Source of the DNA: the human T2T-CHM13v2.0 reference genome, Homo sapiens
Strand: one strand, 5' to 3'
Length of the DNA stretch: 64,000 nucleotides
Assembly (NCBI RefSeq): GCF_009914755.1
Contig: NC_060925.1
In this document: in pieces, positions 14,979-27,157 of the stretch
How the letters are laid out: the number at the start of each line of letters is the position of its first letter
Position numbering within the stretch: the stretch's first letter is position 1
Translations under genes and position numbers: made by a program
Notes under the pieces: generated by a model
Database searches by the model: none
Seen by the model: the letters and a program-made list of their open reading frames with translations, nothing else
What the model was told of the DNA's origin: nothing

Positions 14979-17704
14979 AAACAGCCTATAATGCTTGATA
15001 GGTAGCCATCTGTAGAGGGAACCTCTATACCTTGAGAGATATCTGAAAATGGGGGCAGAAAGCCACAAAGCCCAGGTAGAGCTGTTGACTCTAATTATTA
15101 TTGCTTTGTAGAAATGTGTCATTCTCCAAGAGAAACCAAAAATTTGAATTTTTATGAGAAATCACCCAATATTTAAAAGGTTGCAACTAATTAAAAAATT
15201 TGAAAACACTGCACATCCAACAAATATGTCTGTATACTATATGTAACTGTGAACTCCCTGTTTGTAGTCTTGTCCTGAGAGAATTGTCCTTAATGCCAAA
15301 GTCCTTTGCTCTGGTGACATGCACACTAAACCTCTCAGGTAACCCTGTGAGTAGAAAACTTCAAAGGAATCATTTCTGGAAGGGATAGAGAACGAATGAA
15401 CTGAGAGTTGCCTAGGTGGGAGGGACTTGGAAATGTAACCTCTCCATTCATCGCTTTTGGAATCTTTGAACTTGCTGAACTATATAGCCTGGAACACTTT
15501 CCTCTCTCTACTCCTCCCCTTTACCCATCTAGCCTTGCTGTCTTTACCTGTGATGGTTGAGTCTCTGCTTATGAATCACTTTCTCCAGGAAGTCTCAGGC
15601 ATGTGAGAATGAAGCATGGGAGCCCACTTGGGCCTTTGATAACATCTCTCCCTATGGATTAATAAACTGATTTGGTGAGATCTGTTCTTTGTGAATTTGG
15701 CTAGTGTGAATCAATCGCTAAGATTCAGATCAGCTCTGGGAACACTGAAAAAAATAAGCATTCCTGGGTCTGCAATACTGAGGATTGCTGGTGCGCACAT
15801 CCTGCCGAGTGCTGCTGAGTTGCCATCTGGCCCACCCTTTGATATTTCTCTTGGTGCTCTGTAACTTCAGAGATGGAAAGTACAGAAACTGTTGGTTGAA
15901 TTTGATGAGATAGCTGAGTTCACCCTGCATGGGTGGTTAGGGGAGGGAGCTGCATGTTTACTTTTCTGGGATGGAGTGGTGATATGGATGGTCACTTGCC
16001 CACATGGTGTGATAAAACTGTAATAGGGGATATTGGGGCGGCGGGGGGTACTGGACAGAGACCACAGAGTCCAAGGATTTTACTCTTTTCTCTGGGCCCC
16101 TCAGTGGGCTCTTCTTCCCCTTCCTCACTAGAAGGAGCCCATTACAAAGTGCCCTGTGAGGGGCTGGGCTTACACTCATCCACTTTAGAGGACCTCAGAT
16201 GGAGCAATGGGAGGGGCCATCTGTTGTTTCCACCCTCCTCTAAATTTTAGGGAGAAATCATACTGTTTTAAAGAAGAAATAAAATAGAATAAAGAAGAGA
16301 CCTTTGCCCCTGGCCTTTCAAGTGACAGCTTTCTGAACATTTTACGAGGAGCCTTTGCATGTTTCATTTTTTAGAGAGAAAATCTATATAAGTTGTTTTG
16401 TTAGGAGACAGTGGAAGGGCACATTTCCCTCTCTCCAGGTTGAAACACACCAGCAGAAGCAAATTATAAACTCTAGCAGCAGCGTTCTATTAACGTGAGC
16501 CAGGCCAATGGGCAAAGCATCTTTCATACAGTGGTCATTTGAGTACTTAAAACTATGCTGTAAATAGGTGTAAATATTTTGTAAATAAGAACTTATTCCT
16601 CAAGTTCACACAACTTGCAAGGTGAGGAACTGGGGTTTTAACTAAGGTGCTCTGATTCCAAAGTCCATGTTCTTAACCACAACACTGTGGATAACAGTAC
16701 AGATTGAACCAAAATACTAATTTTCTTATAAGTAATCCCAGTAGATATCAGTGATCAGAATGCAATTGAGAGCATTACTTACAAGCATCGTGATACCACA
16801 TTTGAAAACAGAGTGATGGTAGAGATAATCAGACCTCAGTACTAAAGTCCTTGTAAGATGTTTTAAGAGAGCCAGATAATATGCTTTTGAGAAGTCAGGA
16901 AAATTTTATCAGGGTCTCACTTTCAGCAGAGATCTAATCAGAAATATTAGAACAACTTTCATTTCACAGTTTGGAACTGAAAGTAATTGGTTTGTTTCCT
17001 TTTTGTCACCAAAATGCCACTCATTATTTTTTTCTCCTACCTCATTTTCACACAGGCCCTCAGCCCACTACAGTGTTCCCCCTTTACAACTATTTCCAGA
17101 TGTTCTCAAGGGCTTCACATGTGCTCCAAGGAAGTGTGATCCTGTTAGGCAACCTTGTTGACCTTCTCTGTGTCCATAGCATCCCATTCTTCCCTCTGGG
17201 CATCTTTGGGCTATTTCTTGTTCACTGAGCAACTTGGATACAGCAGTGTCCATCTGTGCCCACTTCATGTTGAAATTATGGTCTCTGCCCAGGCCCCATA
17301 GGTGCTGCTCCATACTCCAGGCCAACCAGGGCTCTCATGGGACCAGAACAAGGCCTCGTTCTGTGCGGAAGTGGGGAGAATATACAGCCTCCCCACTGCT
17401 TGGTCCTTCCGTCAGTTGAGGATCTAAGCCGTGTTGCATGTGCTACTCCTGAAAACAGTGCTTTTGTCTTCTGTCAGCACTTCTTTCCCTAGGGCCGAGG
17501 CACAGGCTGTTGGGAGGAAGACAGATCCTTTCTGCCTTTTCCATTTCCCTTTCTCTCTACCTGAGCTTCATCAAATAGCAAAAACTAGGGGTTTGCTTGT
17601 TTATTGAAAATGTCAGTTAAAATAGGCTCTTGTAAAGAATGATATATGTATATATAAACATTTTATTTTAATTTAAAACATAGATGTGAATAGTGAACAG
17701 CATT

Positions 17705-17805
17705 CGTTATTTGGGTGATGGGTACACGAAAAGCCCAGACTTCACCACTAGCAGCATATGCATGTAAGAAACCGGCACTCGTACTCCCGACATGAAAACT
17801 AAAAA
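17705..17805 (+). mobile_element. Short L1PB/L1MA-type 3'-end fragment
   Basis: ttgggtgatgggtacacgaaaagcccagacttcaccact resembles old L1 3'UTR ends. Confidence 0.65.
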
Positions 17806-18050
17806 TCAATGTTTAGGTTCATAGCAAAACTGAACAGAAAGTACAGAAAGTTCCCATTTCTATGTTTTAAAACATAGAAGTGTACATTCTTTTATCACTC
17901 TTAATGTAAAAGGCCTTTGAGTAGAGGACACAAATTGGAATTCTAAGATGTCTGTCTTATGTAATCACAACCTTAATGCATATGTGTGGGTTCTATTTCA
18001 TTAAAAAAAAACAGATATGTGAAATGATGGCTGTTTAAAAATATTTTTTC

Positions 18051-18600
18051 TTTTCAATCATGGTTCACTGCAGTCTCAAACTCCCAGGCTTAGATGATCT
18101 TCACACCATAGTCTCCTGAGTAGCTTGGACTACAGGCATGTCCCATCATGCCTGGCTGATGAAATATTTTGTTTTTCTTTTCTTTTTTTGAGACAAGGTC
18201 TTGTTCTGTCACCCAGGCTGAAGTACAGTGGCGTGATCACAGCTTACTGCAGCCTTGATGTCCTGGGCTCAAGCAATCCTGCTTCAGCCTCCTGAGTAGC
18301 TGGGACTACAGGTACATGCTACCCTGTCTGGCTAATTTTTGTATTTTTTTGTAGAGATGGAGTTTCACCATATTGCCTAGGCTGGTCTCGAATTCCTGGG
18401 CTCAAGTGATCCGCCACCCTTGGCCTCTCAAAACGCTGGGATTAGAGGCGTGAGCCATGGCACCCAGCCTAAAATTTCTAATAGAGACAGGGTCTTGCTC
18501 TGTTGCCCAGGCTGGTCCTGAACTTCTGAGGTCAAGTGATCCTCCCGCCTTGGCCTGCTAATGTGTTGAGATTACAGGTGTGAGCCACTGAACCCAGCCA
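18051..18600 (-). mobile_element. Nested AluJ-type elements: inner Alu (~18170-18470) inside the linker of an outer Alu
   Basis: Outer right-arm piece, complete inner Alu, then outer left arm; outer TSD aaaatattttttct on both flanks. Confidence 0.8.
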
Positions 18601-19434
18601 AAAATATTTTTTCTAATCTCCTAGAGTCATCTTGCCCATACCTATTTTTTTTTTTTTTTGCAACTCATTCTTATGGAGTCTATCCAAGGCAGTCAACCAT
18701 CAACCTAGTTTTCATAGCATTAATAACTCCTTGTTTTACACTCATTTCATCAGCTCATGTACTTTTAAATCAAAGCACATAATTAGAGTAACAGATACAA
18801 TTGCCACAAAAAGGTCTGGGAACAAACCTGATTGCTTCTAGGCTATGTGCAACTCCACTGTGGGAGCGGTTAGGCACCCACAAGCCGTGCATTCCTGTGC
18901 CCTAAGTGACGTATGACAGGCGGACGGCCAGTACACTCAACTGGGAGCCCTGGTGCATCTAGCGAGTCAGCTAGCTAGCTGCAGGTGCAGGCTGGTTACC
19001 AGTGCCTACTGTATCCACTGCATCCCTGTCATAGCTCAGCCCCAAGAGAAGCCTTGTGCAGATCCGTTCATGTGAAGTGACTGATTTAGGGCTTGGCCTG
19101 GTTGGCCAGACGTGCTTAGACAGGCCAGCACCCCAAAAGTAGGCCAGGCTATAAATATATGTGGTCTCCAAAACATTTCAAAAACACAAAACCTGTTTTT
19201 TCCCCTGTGGATGAACAGGACCATCCTGCTTGTTTTTGTCTATAAACAGATTGATTTATGTACCTGGATCATAGGCTCATAGACAAACACGGCTTCTGTT
19301 TCCTTAGAGGTGAAAACCGCCCTCTGGAGGCTGGTCCAAGCCAGAATTTAAAATTTAACTTTTGCTTTGGTGCCACCAAGTGGTTAGCTTTGAGATGGCT
19401 TGGCAAATACATAATGATAAAAAAAAAAAATCTG

Positions 19435-19765
19435 GGATGTATAGGAGGAGCTCAGAGGATTTTTAGGGCAGTAACACCATTTTGTATAATGCTACAATGG
19501 TGGATATATATTATAATATACATTTATTCAAATTCATAGAATGTGTAACACCAAGAGTGAACTCTAAACTATGGACATTGGGTGATTATGATGTGTCAAT
19601 GTAGGTTCATCAGTTGTAGCAAAAGTCTTACTCTGGTGTTGGAGGTTGATAATGGGAGAGGCTGTGCCTGTGTGGTGGGGATAGGGAGCATATGGAAACC
19701 TTCTGTACTTTCTGCTCAGTTTTGCTCTGAACCTAAAACTGCTCTATCAAAAAAGATTTATTAAT
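19435..19765 (+). mobile_element. L1MC-type 3' end
   Basis: gaggatttttagggcagt...gatgtgtcaatgtaggttcatcagttgtagc...gaacctaaaactgctcta. Confidence 0.75.
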
Positions 19766-20754
19766 GAAAAGTCTTCTATGCTACATACATTTTCCCTTCT
19801 GGCTACCAGTGTTGCAGGTAAGAGCAAGATAAGATAGAAACGTCATGTAGAGAGGCCAGCTGACTTCTTGGGCAGGGATGATACAATCTTTATGAAGCCC
19901 CACACTCCAGAGGCTGGGTCCTTAGCTTTGTAAGTCCCAGAAACCTTTTTATTTTTATTTTTTTTTCAATGTATGTAGAGTTGTTCAGTTTTTCAGGGCT
20001 ATATCATGCTCACCAAACTTACAAGAGACACTTTTTGAAAAGTCAGATTGGCAATATATTATTTTACAATTAGAAATGTGTAATCAATGGTAAACCAAAG
20101 CACATGTGGTAGATGAGAAGTTCATTTTTCACCCTGCAGGAAATTTATATGGGCAGACAAACCATACCAAGTAGGTTGCTTGGTGAAATTGCAGTAGGGT
20201 CGGGGAAGGAGGTTGCATGTCTTAAGGTTACTACCATTAAGACGAAGCTATCTTCACCACTTTAGGGATATACATGACTCTGGGCTGGGGATACTTACAT
20301 TGCTAGGCAGTACGGAATCCTGGACAGTGCTGATGATAGGTCAACTTAATCTTTTTCTTTGGATACTCTTTTTGAAACTCTATGCTGAGTGCATGATAAT
20401 TCTTTCTTCCCTCACACAGGACATACTATAACTGGCAAGGCCAATACTGTAGGCTTGCTGATACAGCTCTGGTCTCCTGTGAATGTTGGGTCACCTGGAT
20501 TAGCATTTGGATGTTTCCCAAATCATCAGCCACCATTTATAGGTTTTTGGTTAGGCGGGGCTAGTGTACTAATTACATGCTAATTTTTAATAATTGTATT
20601 CTCAGAGGAAGACTTATGTTTTATGTTTTGGTGATTCTGTTCCTGAATATAGGTCAAAATTAATATGCAAAATTAATATGCAAACTCCTTAATCACTTTG
20701 GCATAGATTCCTAATAGCAAAACAGTACTTGGCTGAAGATGGGAATTATCCTGG

Positions 20755-21125
20755 TTTATTAGTCTGTTCTCACACTGCTATAAAGACATACCTGAGACTG
20801 GGTAATTTATAAAGAAAAGAGGTTTAATTGATTCATAGTTCCACATGGCTGGGGAGGCCTCAGGAAACTTAAAATCATGGCGGAAGGGAAAGCAGGCATG
20901 TCTTATATGGCAACAGACGAAAGAGAGCATGCAAGAGCAGGGAAAACTGCTTTACAAAACCATCAGATTTCATGAGAACTGATTCACTATCATGAGAACA
21001 GCATGGGAGAAACCATCCCTCTGATCCAATCACCTCCCACCTGGTCTCTCCCTCCACATGTGGGGATTATGGGGATAACCATTCAAGATGAGATTTGGGT
21101 GGGAACACAGAGCCAAACCATATCA
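20755..21125 (-). mobile_element. THE1/MST-type MaLR solo LTR
   Basis: (t)ttattagtctgttctcacactgct...ccaaaccatatca; 5-bp TSD-like cctgg/cctag. Confidence 0.9.
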
Positions 21126-21135
21126 CCTAGGTTCT

Positions 21136-21995
21136 TTTTTTCAATTATTATTATACTTTAAGTTCTAGGGTACATGTGAACAACGTGCAGGTTTGTTACA
21201 TATGTATACATGTGCCATGTTGGTGTGCTGCACCCATTAACTCGTCATTTACATTAGGTATATCTCCTAATGCTATCCCTCCCGCCTCCCCCCACTCCAC
21301 AACAGGCCCCGGTGTGTGATGTTCCCCTTCCTGTGTCCAAGTGTTCTCATTGTTCAATTCCCACCTATGAATGAGAACATGCAGTGTTTGGTTTTCTGTC
21401 CTTACGCTAGTTTGCTGAGAATGATGGTTTCCAGCTTCATCCATGTCCCTACAAAGGACATGAACTCATCAGTTTTTATGGCTGCATAGTATTCCATGGT
21501 GTATATGTGCCACATTTTCTTAACCCAGTCTATCATTGATGGACATTTGGGTTGGTTCCAAGTCTTTGCTATTGTGAATAGTGCTGCAGTAAACATACAT
21601 GTGCATGTGTCTTTATAGCAGCATGATTTATAATCCTTTGGGTATATACCCAGTAATGGGATGGCTGGGTCAAATGGTATTTCTAGTTCTAGATCCTTGA
21701 GGAATCGCCACACTGTCTTCCACAATGGTTGAACTAGTTTACAGTCCCACCAACAGTGTAAAAGTGTTCCTATTTCTCCACATCCTCTCCAGCACCTGTT
21801 TCCTGACTTTTTAATGATTGCCATTCTAACTGGTGTGAGATGGTATCTCATGGTGAGAAAGTTTTTGCAATCTACTCATCTGACAAAGGGCTAATATGCA
21901 GAATCTACAAATAAACAAATTTACAAGAAAAAAACAACCTCTTGAAAAAGTGGGCAAAGGATATGAACAGACACTTCTCAAAAGAAGACATATTG
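21136..21995 (-). mobile_element. 5'-truncated, 5'-inverted L1PA (sense part 21136-21850 on -, inverted part ~21850-21992 on +)
   Basis: ORF2 C-terminal peptides on the - strand (21402-21851); poly-T at left; TSD cctaggttct at 21126-21135 and 21996-22005. Confidence 0.92.
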
Positions 21996-22134
21996 CCTAG
22001 GTTCTAAGTAAGAATGCAGGCCACTTCATGTCTGTGTCATGAGAGCTTTGCACAGACCTCACTGCCTACTGGTACTCACCAGCCTGTCCTGTGATGCCTC
22101 TCTGGAGTGCTCAGTTGTCTCCGGTTCTTTAGTG

Positions 22135-22459
22135 CAGGGGTCCCCAACCTTTTTGGCACCAGGTACTGGTTTCATGGAAGACAATTTTTTTCCACAGATG
22201 GGGCAGGCAGGAGAGAATGGTTTTGGGATAAAACTGTTCCACCTCAGATCATCAGACATTAGTTAGATTCATAAGGAATGTACAACCTAGATCCCTCACA
22301 TGCACAATTCACAGTAGGGTTCATTTTCTGTGAGAATCTCATGCCACTGCTGAACTGAAGGGAGGCAGAGCTCAGGCTGTAAGGTAATGCTGTGTGGCCC
22401 AGTTTCTAACAGGCCATGGGCTGGTACCAGTCTGCGGCCCTGGAGGTTGGAGACCTCTA
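22135..22459 (-). mobile_element. MER1B-like hAT-Charlie DNA transposon
   Basis: TIRs caggggtccccaacc / ggttggagacctcta; 8-bp TSD ctttagtg/cttcagtg. Confidence 0.85.
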
Positions 22460-22546
22460 CTTCAGTGCAGCATCCCCTCCCCACCTGCCTCTTCCCCTGA
22501 ACTGCTGCCATGTGGAGTCCTCAGTCAAGGAAGCGCACGGTATTTG

Positions 22547-23026
22547 CAGAGGTTATAAATTAGTATCCTGTGGTTGGAATCTGACCCATAGATCTCTTTT
22601 GTTTTTGCCAATATGTTGTTTTTAAAAGTTTGATTTAATTGTCCAAACTTAAAAAATTTAAAAATCCGGAGATGCACACAAAACTCTGAGTATCCTCTTT
22701 CTTTCCTTCTTTCTCTCTCTCTCTTTTCTTTTCTTTTCTTTCTTTCACAGGGTCTCACTGTGTTGCAATCATGGCTCACTGCAGCCTTGACCACCTGAGC
22801 TCAAGCTATCCTCCCATCTCAACCTCCTGAGTAGCTGAGACTACAGGTGCGTGCCACCATGCCTGGTTAATTTTTGTATTTTTAGCAGAGATGGAATTTC
22901 ACCCTGTTGCCCAGGCTGGTCTTGAACTCTTGGGCTCAAGCGATCTGCCTGCTTTGGTCTCTCAAAGTGCTGAGATTCAGGCATGAGATTACTGTAATCG
23001 CTCTGGCCTGAGTCTCCAGTTTCATT

Positions 23027-23060
<34 letters not shown>

Positions 23061-23285
23061 GGATGATCTGGCTATGCAGGGCTTATATTCCCACAGCACA
23101 ATAAGTTATTGGAGTGGGGCCTACCAAAAAAAAAAAAAAAAAAAAAAAGTGGATGATCTGGCTATGCAGGGCTTATATTCCCACAGCACAATAAGTTATT
23201 GGAGTGGGGCCTACATAGGGCACATTTCTTCCAATTATCCTCTTTCTTCGCCCTTCCCTTTCACTCATTTATGTTACTGCTTGGT
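22547..23285 (+). mobile_element. MER102-like hAT fossil interrupted by an AluJ (-, ~22697-23007) and a tandem duplication
   Basis: aaaaatccggag...gatgatctggc...ttcccac...ttcactcatttatgttac resemble MER102 from memory; the reverse AluJ is clear. Confidence 0.6.
23028..23214. repeat. Tandem duplication: 2 x [C + poly-A + identical 66-bp unit]
   Basis: A30 (23029-23058) + 23059-23124; A23 (23126-23148) + 23149-23214. Confidence 0.97.
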
Positions 23286-24179
23286 AACATATTTGGTGGT
23301 GACGCTTAGTTTGTTGCAAATGCAGGATAAGACACAACAGAAAAAACAAGCATAAGGAAAGTAGTGGCTCCCTGTGAACTCTTGCTCCCTGCTCTTGTCC
23401 TTGCTGTCTGCAGGGAATTCCTTCCTTGGAACCTGCTTTCAGGCTCTTTTTCTTTTGGACCCTATTTCTGTTGGTATGTCAACTCTGATTTTATCCCTTG
23501 TGCTTTCAAGAGGTGTGGGCTGGAGCGTTGTTCAGGAAAGCATATGAACTTTGAAATCTGGTTTGTATCTGCAAGACCTCGTTTTGAATCCCAGCCCCAT
23601 TTCTTACTGCCTTCAGTTCCCTTATCAGTAAAATGAGGGCAATCACCGGTCTCATAGGTTGGTATGAGTATTAAATGGGATTTTTTAATGTAAAGCATCA
23701 CACAGAGGGTAGATCCTCAAATAATAGTGCTCTTGTCCCTCTCTTCTCTCTTTTTTTTCCTTTAAATTTTTTTTTTGTTTCTTCTTTTTCTATTGGTCCA
23801 TTGGGAGAAGAAACCTCTCTTCTTTCAAGACATGATTCTTTCCCTTTTTTTGTGACTTTGATGAAACCACTTACTCCTCTTTACTCTTTTTGTAGAGCCT
23901 ACTGTTTTTTCTTCCTTGTAACTTTGTCTTTCCCATCTGTACATTTCACATATTCCCTTTTCTTGGAGTTAGAACTCTCTCATAAAGACTCTCTTATAAG
24001 AATAATGGATGACAAGTACATTTATTTTGCTTCGGGAAATTCTATAAGAAGGCCTACGTTTTATCAAATTTCTATAACAATTGTATATAGTTTTGTGATA
24101 GAAACTACATTAGCCTTCACAGTAATCTGTTGGGATGCTTTCTGTGTATATGTATGTTTCCCTGTTCATTGTATTGTAG

Positions 24180-24286
24180 AAATAGAGCTGAGGTCAAAGG
24201 CTGGAAAGTCATCAGGAGAAAAAATTGGTTGTGGAAGGGCAACACTTCGCCTGAGATCAAAAGGTCCTGCCACCGTGGAAGAAATG
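24180..24286 (+). CDS. GIPC2: GIPC2 internal coding exon (probably exon 4), 107 bp, phase 1 to 0: (E)IELRSKAGKSSGEKIGCGRATLRLRSKGPATVEEM
   Basis: Acceptor ttgtag ends at 24179; donor ATG|gtatgt starts at 24287. The peptide contains the GIPC-family motif TLRLRSKGPATVEE and joins in frame with the next two exons. Confidence 0.95.
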
Positions 24287-24654
24287 GTATGTTATGTTCA
24301 TTTACTTCCTGTTCTGCTTGGAAATGTTGAGTTAGATAAAATTCCATTCATTCTAACCAAAACTTGGACTTTTAATTCACTGTCTATTTAAACAATCTGG
24401 AAATTACTGAAGGTATTTAAAAAGGAAATATAGAAATTAAGGACATGAGAAGAGATTGTGATCTATAGAAATTCTCAGTTACCTGTAGGTGACGTTTCTA
24501 GACTCTATAGACAGCTGGACTCTCTCAAAAACTTAAGTCAACCAAAGCTCTCTGAGAACCAAGAAAATGTTTCAGAGCCACCTGTAGGAGTAAACAAAAG
24601 AAGATATTGATAATGAAAGATTATATTCGTAAACTCCTCTTCTCACATAAAACA

Positions 24655-25830
24655 CCTGTAGTCATCTTTGACTCTTTTCGTTCATGTCCCATGTCGCTTC
24701 CATCAGCAGATCCTAGTGGATCTACCTCTATAAGATACTGGAGTCCAATGACTTCTTACCACCCCTGCCCACCACTGTGCCCCAAGGCACCATCATCTTA
24801 TCCTGGATTTTGCAATCACCTTCTGTTTAGTCCACCTGTGTTCACCCTTGCCTTCTTTCCACCTGTGCTCAGCACAACCCTCAGAATGATCCTTAAAATA
24901 TGCAAGAGAAATTATGTCACTTTTCTGTTCACAACCCTCCAGTGGCTTCCCATGACACTCAGAATAAAACCTAAAGTCCTCAGAATGACCAACATGACCG
25001 AACTCCGTATTTCTTCTCTGTTCTCATTTCCCATCCCTTTGCCGTGGCTTCCTCTGCTTCAGTCATGCTGATCTCCTTGCTGTTCCCAAACACTCCAGGT
25101 GTATCCCCATCTCAGGCTCTCAGTACTGCTGTTGTCTCTGCCTGAATGTTTTGCCCATTTATCTGCATAGCTTGCTCCCTTGCCATCATTAGGTTTCTGC
25201 CCACACATTATCTATCTCAAAGGCCTTTCCCGAGCATCCTGTATAAACAGCAACTCCCTCCACCCCTCCCACTGCCCACTCTTCCATGTCCTTAATTTTT
25301 GTCAAAGCAATTGTATTAGTCTGTTTTCACACTGCTAATAAAGACATACTTGAGACTGGGTAATTTATAAAGAAAAAGAGGTTTAACGGACTCACAGTTC
25401 CACATGTCTGGGGAGGCCTCACAATCATGGTGGAAGGTGAATGAGGAGCAAAGGCACGTCTTACATGGCAGTAGGCAAGAAAGCATGTACAGGGGAACTG
25501 CTCTTTATAAAACCGTCAGATCTTGTGAGACTTATTCACTATCATGAGAACAACGGCATGGGAAAAACCTGCCGCCATGATTCAGTTACCTCCCACCGGG
25601 TCCCTCCCACAACATGTGGGGATTATGGGAGCTACAATTCAAGATGAGATTTGGGTGGGGACACAGCCAAACCATATCAGCACTAAACACACTAGGACTC
25701 TATATCTTTGATTAATTTTGTCTACTGTCTAGCTCCTTTGCTCACATGTCTTGTTCACTGCTGCATCCCCAGCACCTAGAATAGGACCTGATATACCAAA
25801 GGAATGGAAATCTTTGGTGCATTAATGAAT
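24655..25830 (-). mobile_element. L2 fragment (interrupted by a THE1 LTR)
   Basis: gatccttaaaa...atgtcacttttctgttcacaaccctccagtggcttccc...tgttcactgctgcatccccagcacctagaatagg is typical of a reverse L2 3' end. Confidence 0.7.
25312..25679 (-). mobile_element. THE1 (B/C-like) solo LTR
   Basis: tgtattagtctgttttcac...cagccaaaccatatca; TSD-like gcaat/gcact. Confidence 0.92.
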
Positions 25831-27157
25831 TAGTAAACGATTCCTTTTAGTTTGAGAAAAGCAAGGATTTTTCCCTTTGAATGACTTTGTCTATATATAG
25901 GTCAGTGTTTGAGTGAAAAACACCAGAAGGAGAAGTGACAACTAGAGGCAAGAAGGGTGGAGGAAGAAAACTGCAAGTTTGGGGTGGCGATGGTAAGGAT
26001 TCCAAGTGGCAAGCAGCAGGCCCACAACAGCAGCAAAGGCATGGGGGTCAAAGCCCTCCCGTGGGCAGATGGGATGTCGAGCAGGTGACTGATGCCTGTG
26101 AGCTCGGGGGGGCAGGGGCAAGGCTCTGGGCCCTTCTAGGGTCTCTCTGTATGTGAATGCTGTCTGGGTTCCTATGTGTTTGAAGGGAAAAACAGACAGA
26201 TGAACAGTTTTGAGGCTGTTTCACAGAGTGGGATCTCAGAACTTGTTGGGTGACAAGGTCCAGGGTTGGTCATGGGGGTGGTTTGTTGAAGTAGACACTT
26301 AAGGAACACATGAGGCCAAGGCTGTCCTTAGGAATGTCGAGGCACCCACGGTGTTGTCAGTTTTGGGGGGATCTAGAGGAAGATCCTGAGTCAAATGCGT
26401 GGGTTCTGGGAGAATGAAAGGACCGATCAGAGGCAAATGGCAATGAAGAGATCTGATAGAGCAAAAAGTGTTTTGAAAAGGAGATATGATGAGGTATGTG
26501 AAGGAAACCCAGGGCAGTGACTTCTGGGCATTTGGAGCCTTTATTTTCCCTCTGTGGCCCAGCACACTGCCTGGTATATTGCTGAAGGCCAGTAAGTGTT
26601 TATTGAATGAATAAGCAAATCTCAGTGGAAGAAAGGAATTTATCAGAGAAGGGAAGAACAGAGGGAAGTTGCTGGCTGTGAGGAGCCAGGAGAATGTCAG
26701 CTCTGCCTTTTGCTGGAGGCTGTGAGGAAAAATGAGCAGACCTTTAAACAGCTCACAAAGGAAGCAGGTCAGCAGGAAAAATGCCACGTCCCTTCAGGAG
26801 GAGGAGCATCTTCTAAGGGTTAAATCATTCGTCACTCTTTGTTAAGCACCTGCTGTGGCAAAGGTGCCTGAATGGAAAAGGAGCAGCTTAAGATCTACCT
26901 GGGGAGGTAGGAAAGATTCATTCAAAGATAAACATCTAAAAATCTATTCCTATTTTCATAGTCTGTTTAGTAAAATAGGGCAATTAAAAATAGCTCATAA
27001 TGAAAGGAAAAAGCTGTTTGGTGCTAATATTAAATTTGATACAAATGACATAAAATCTAATTTCAAACACTTTAAGAATTTAAAGGACTTATGGGATTTA
27101 AAACAAATCACTCCTTTAATCACCTAGCACAAATTCTGAAAATGGTGTAAGATTCTC

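Noticed and set aside
13097-17419. Unique-looking short ORFs (13097-13312, 15933-16250, 16971-17419) as hidden exons or pseudogenes
   Set aside because: No recognisable protein similarity, no convincing paired splice sites, and no poly-A/TSD signature. A BLASTX or RNA-seq check would be needed to exclude them fully.
21402-21851. L1 ORF2-like ORFs (also 14584-14766 and 52539-53898)
   Set aside because: Fragments of truncated, frameshifted L1 copies; no intact reverse transcriptase.
23675-24391. 238-aa ORF, the longest in the track
   Set aside because: It is the GIPC2 exon frame extended through T-rich intron on both sides. The hydrophobic N-terminal part reflects the low stop density of T-rich DNA, and canonical splice sites bound the real exon.
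20840-25425. PRDM9 hotspot motif in the THE1 LTRs
   Set aside because: The relevant positions read CCTCCCCAGCCATG and CCTCCCCAGACATG on the - strand, not the hotspot-associated CCTCCCTAGCCAC.
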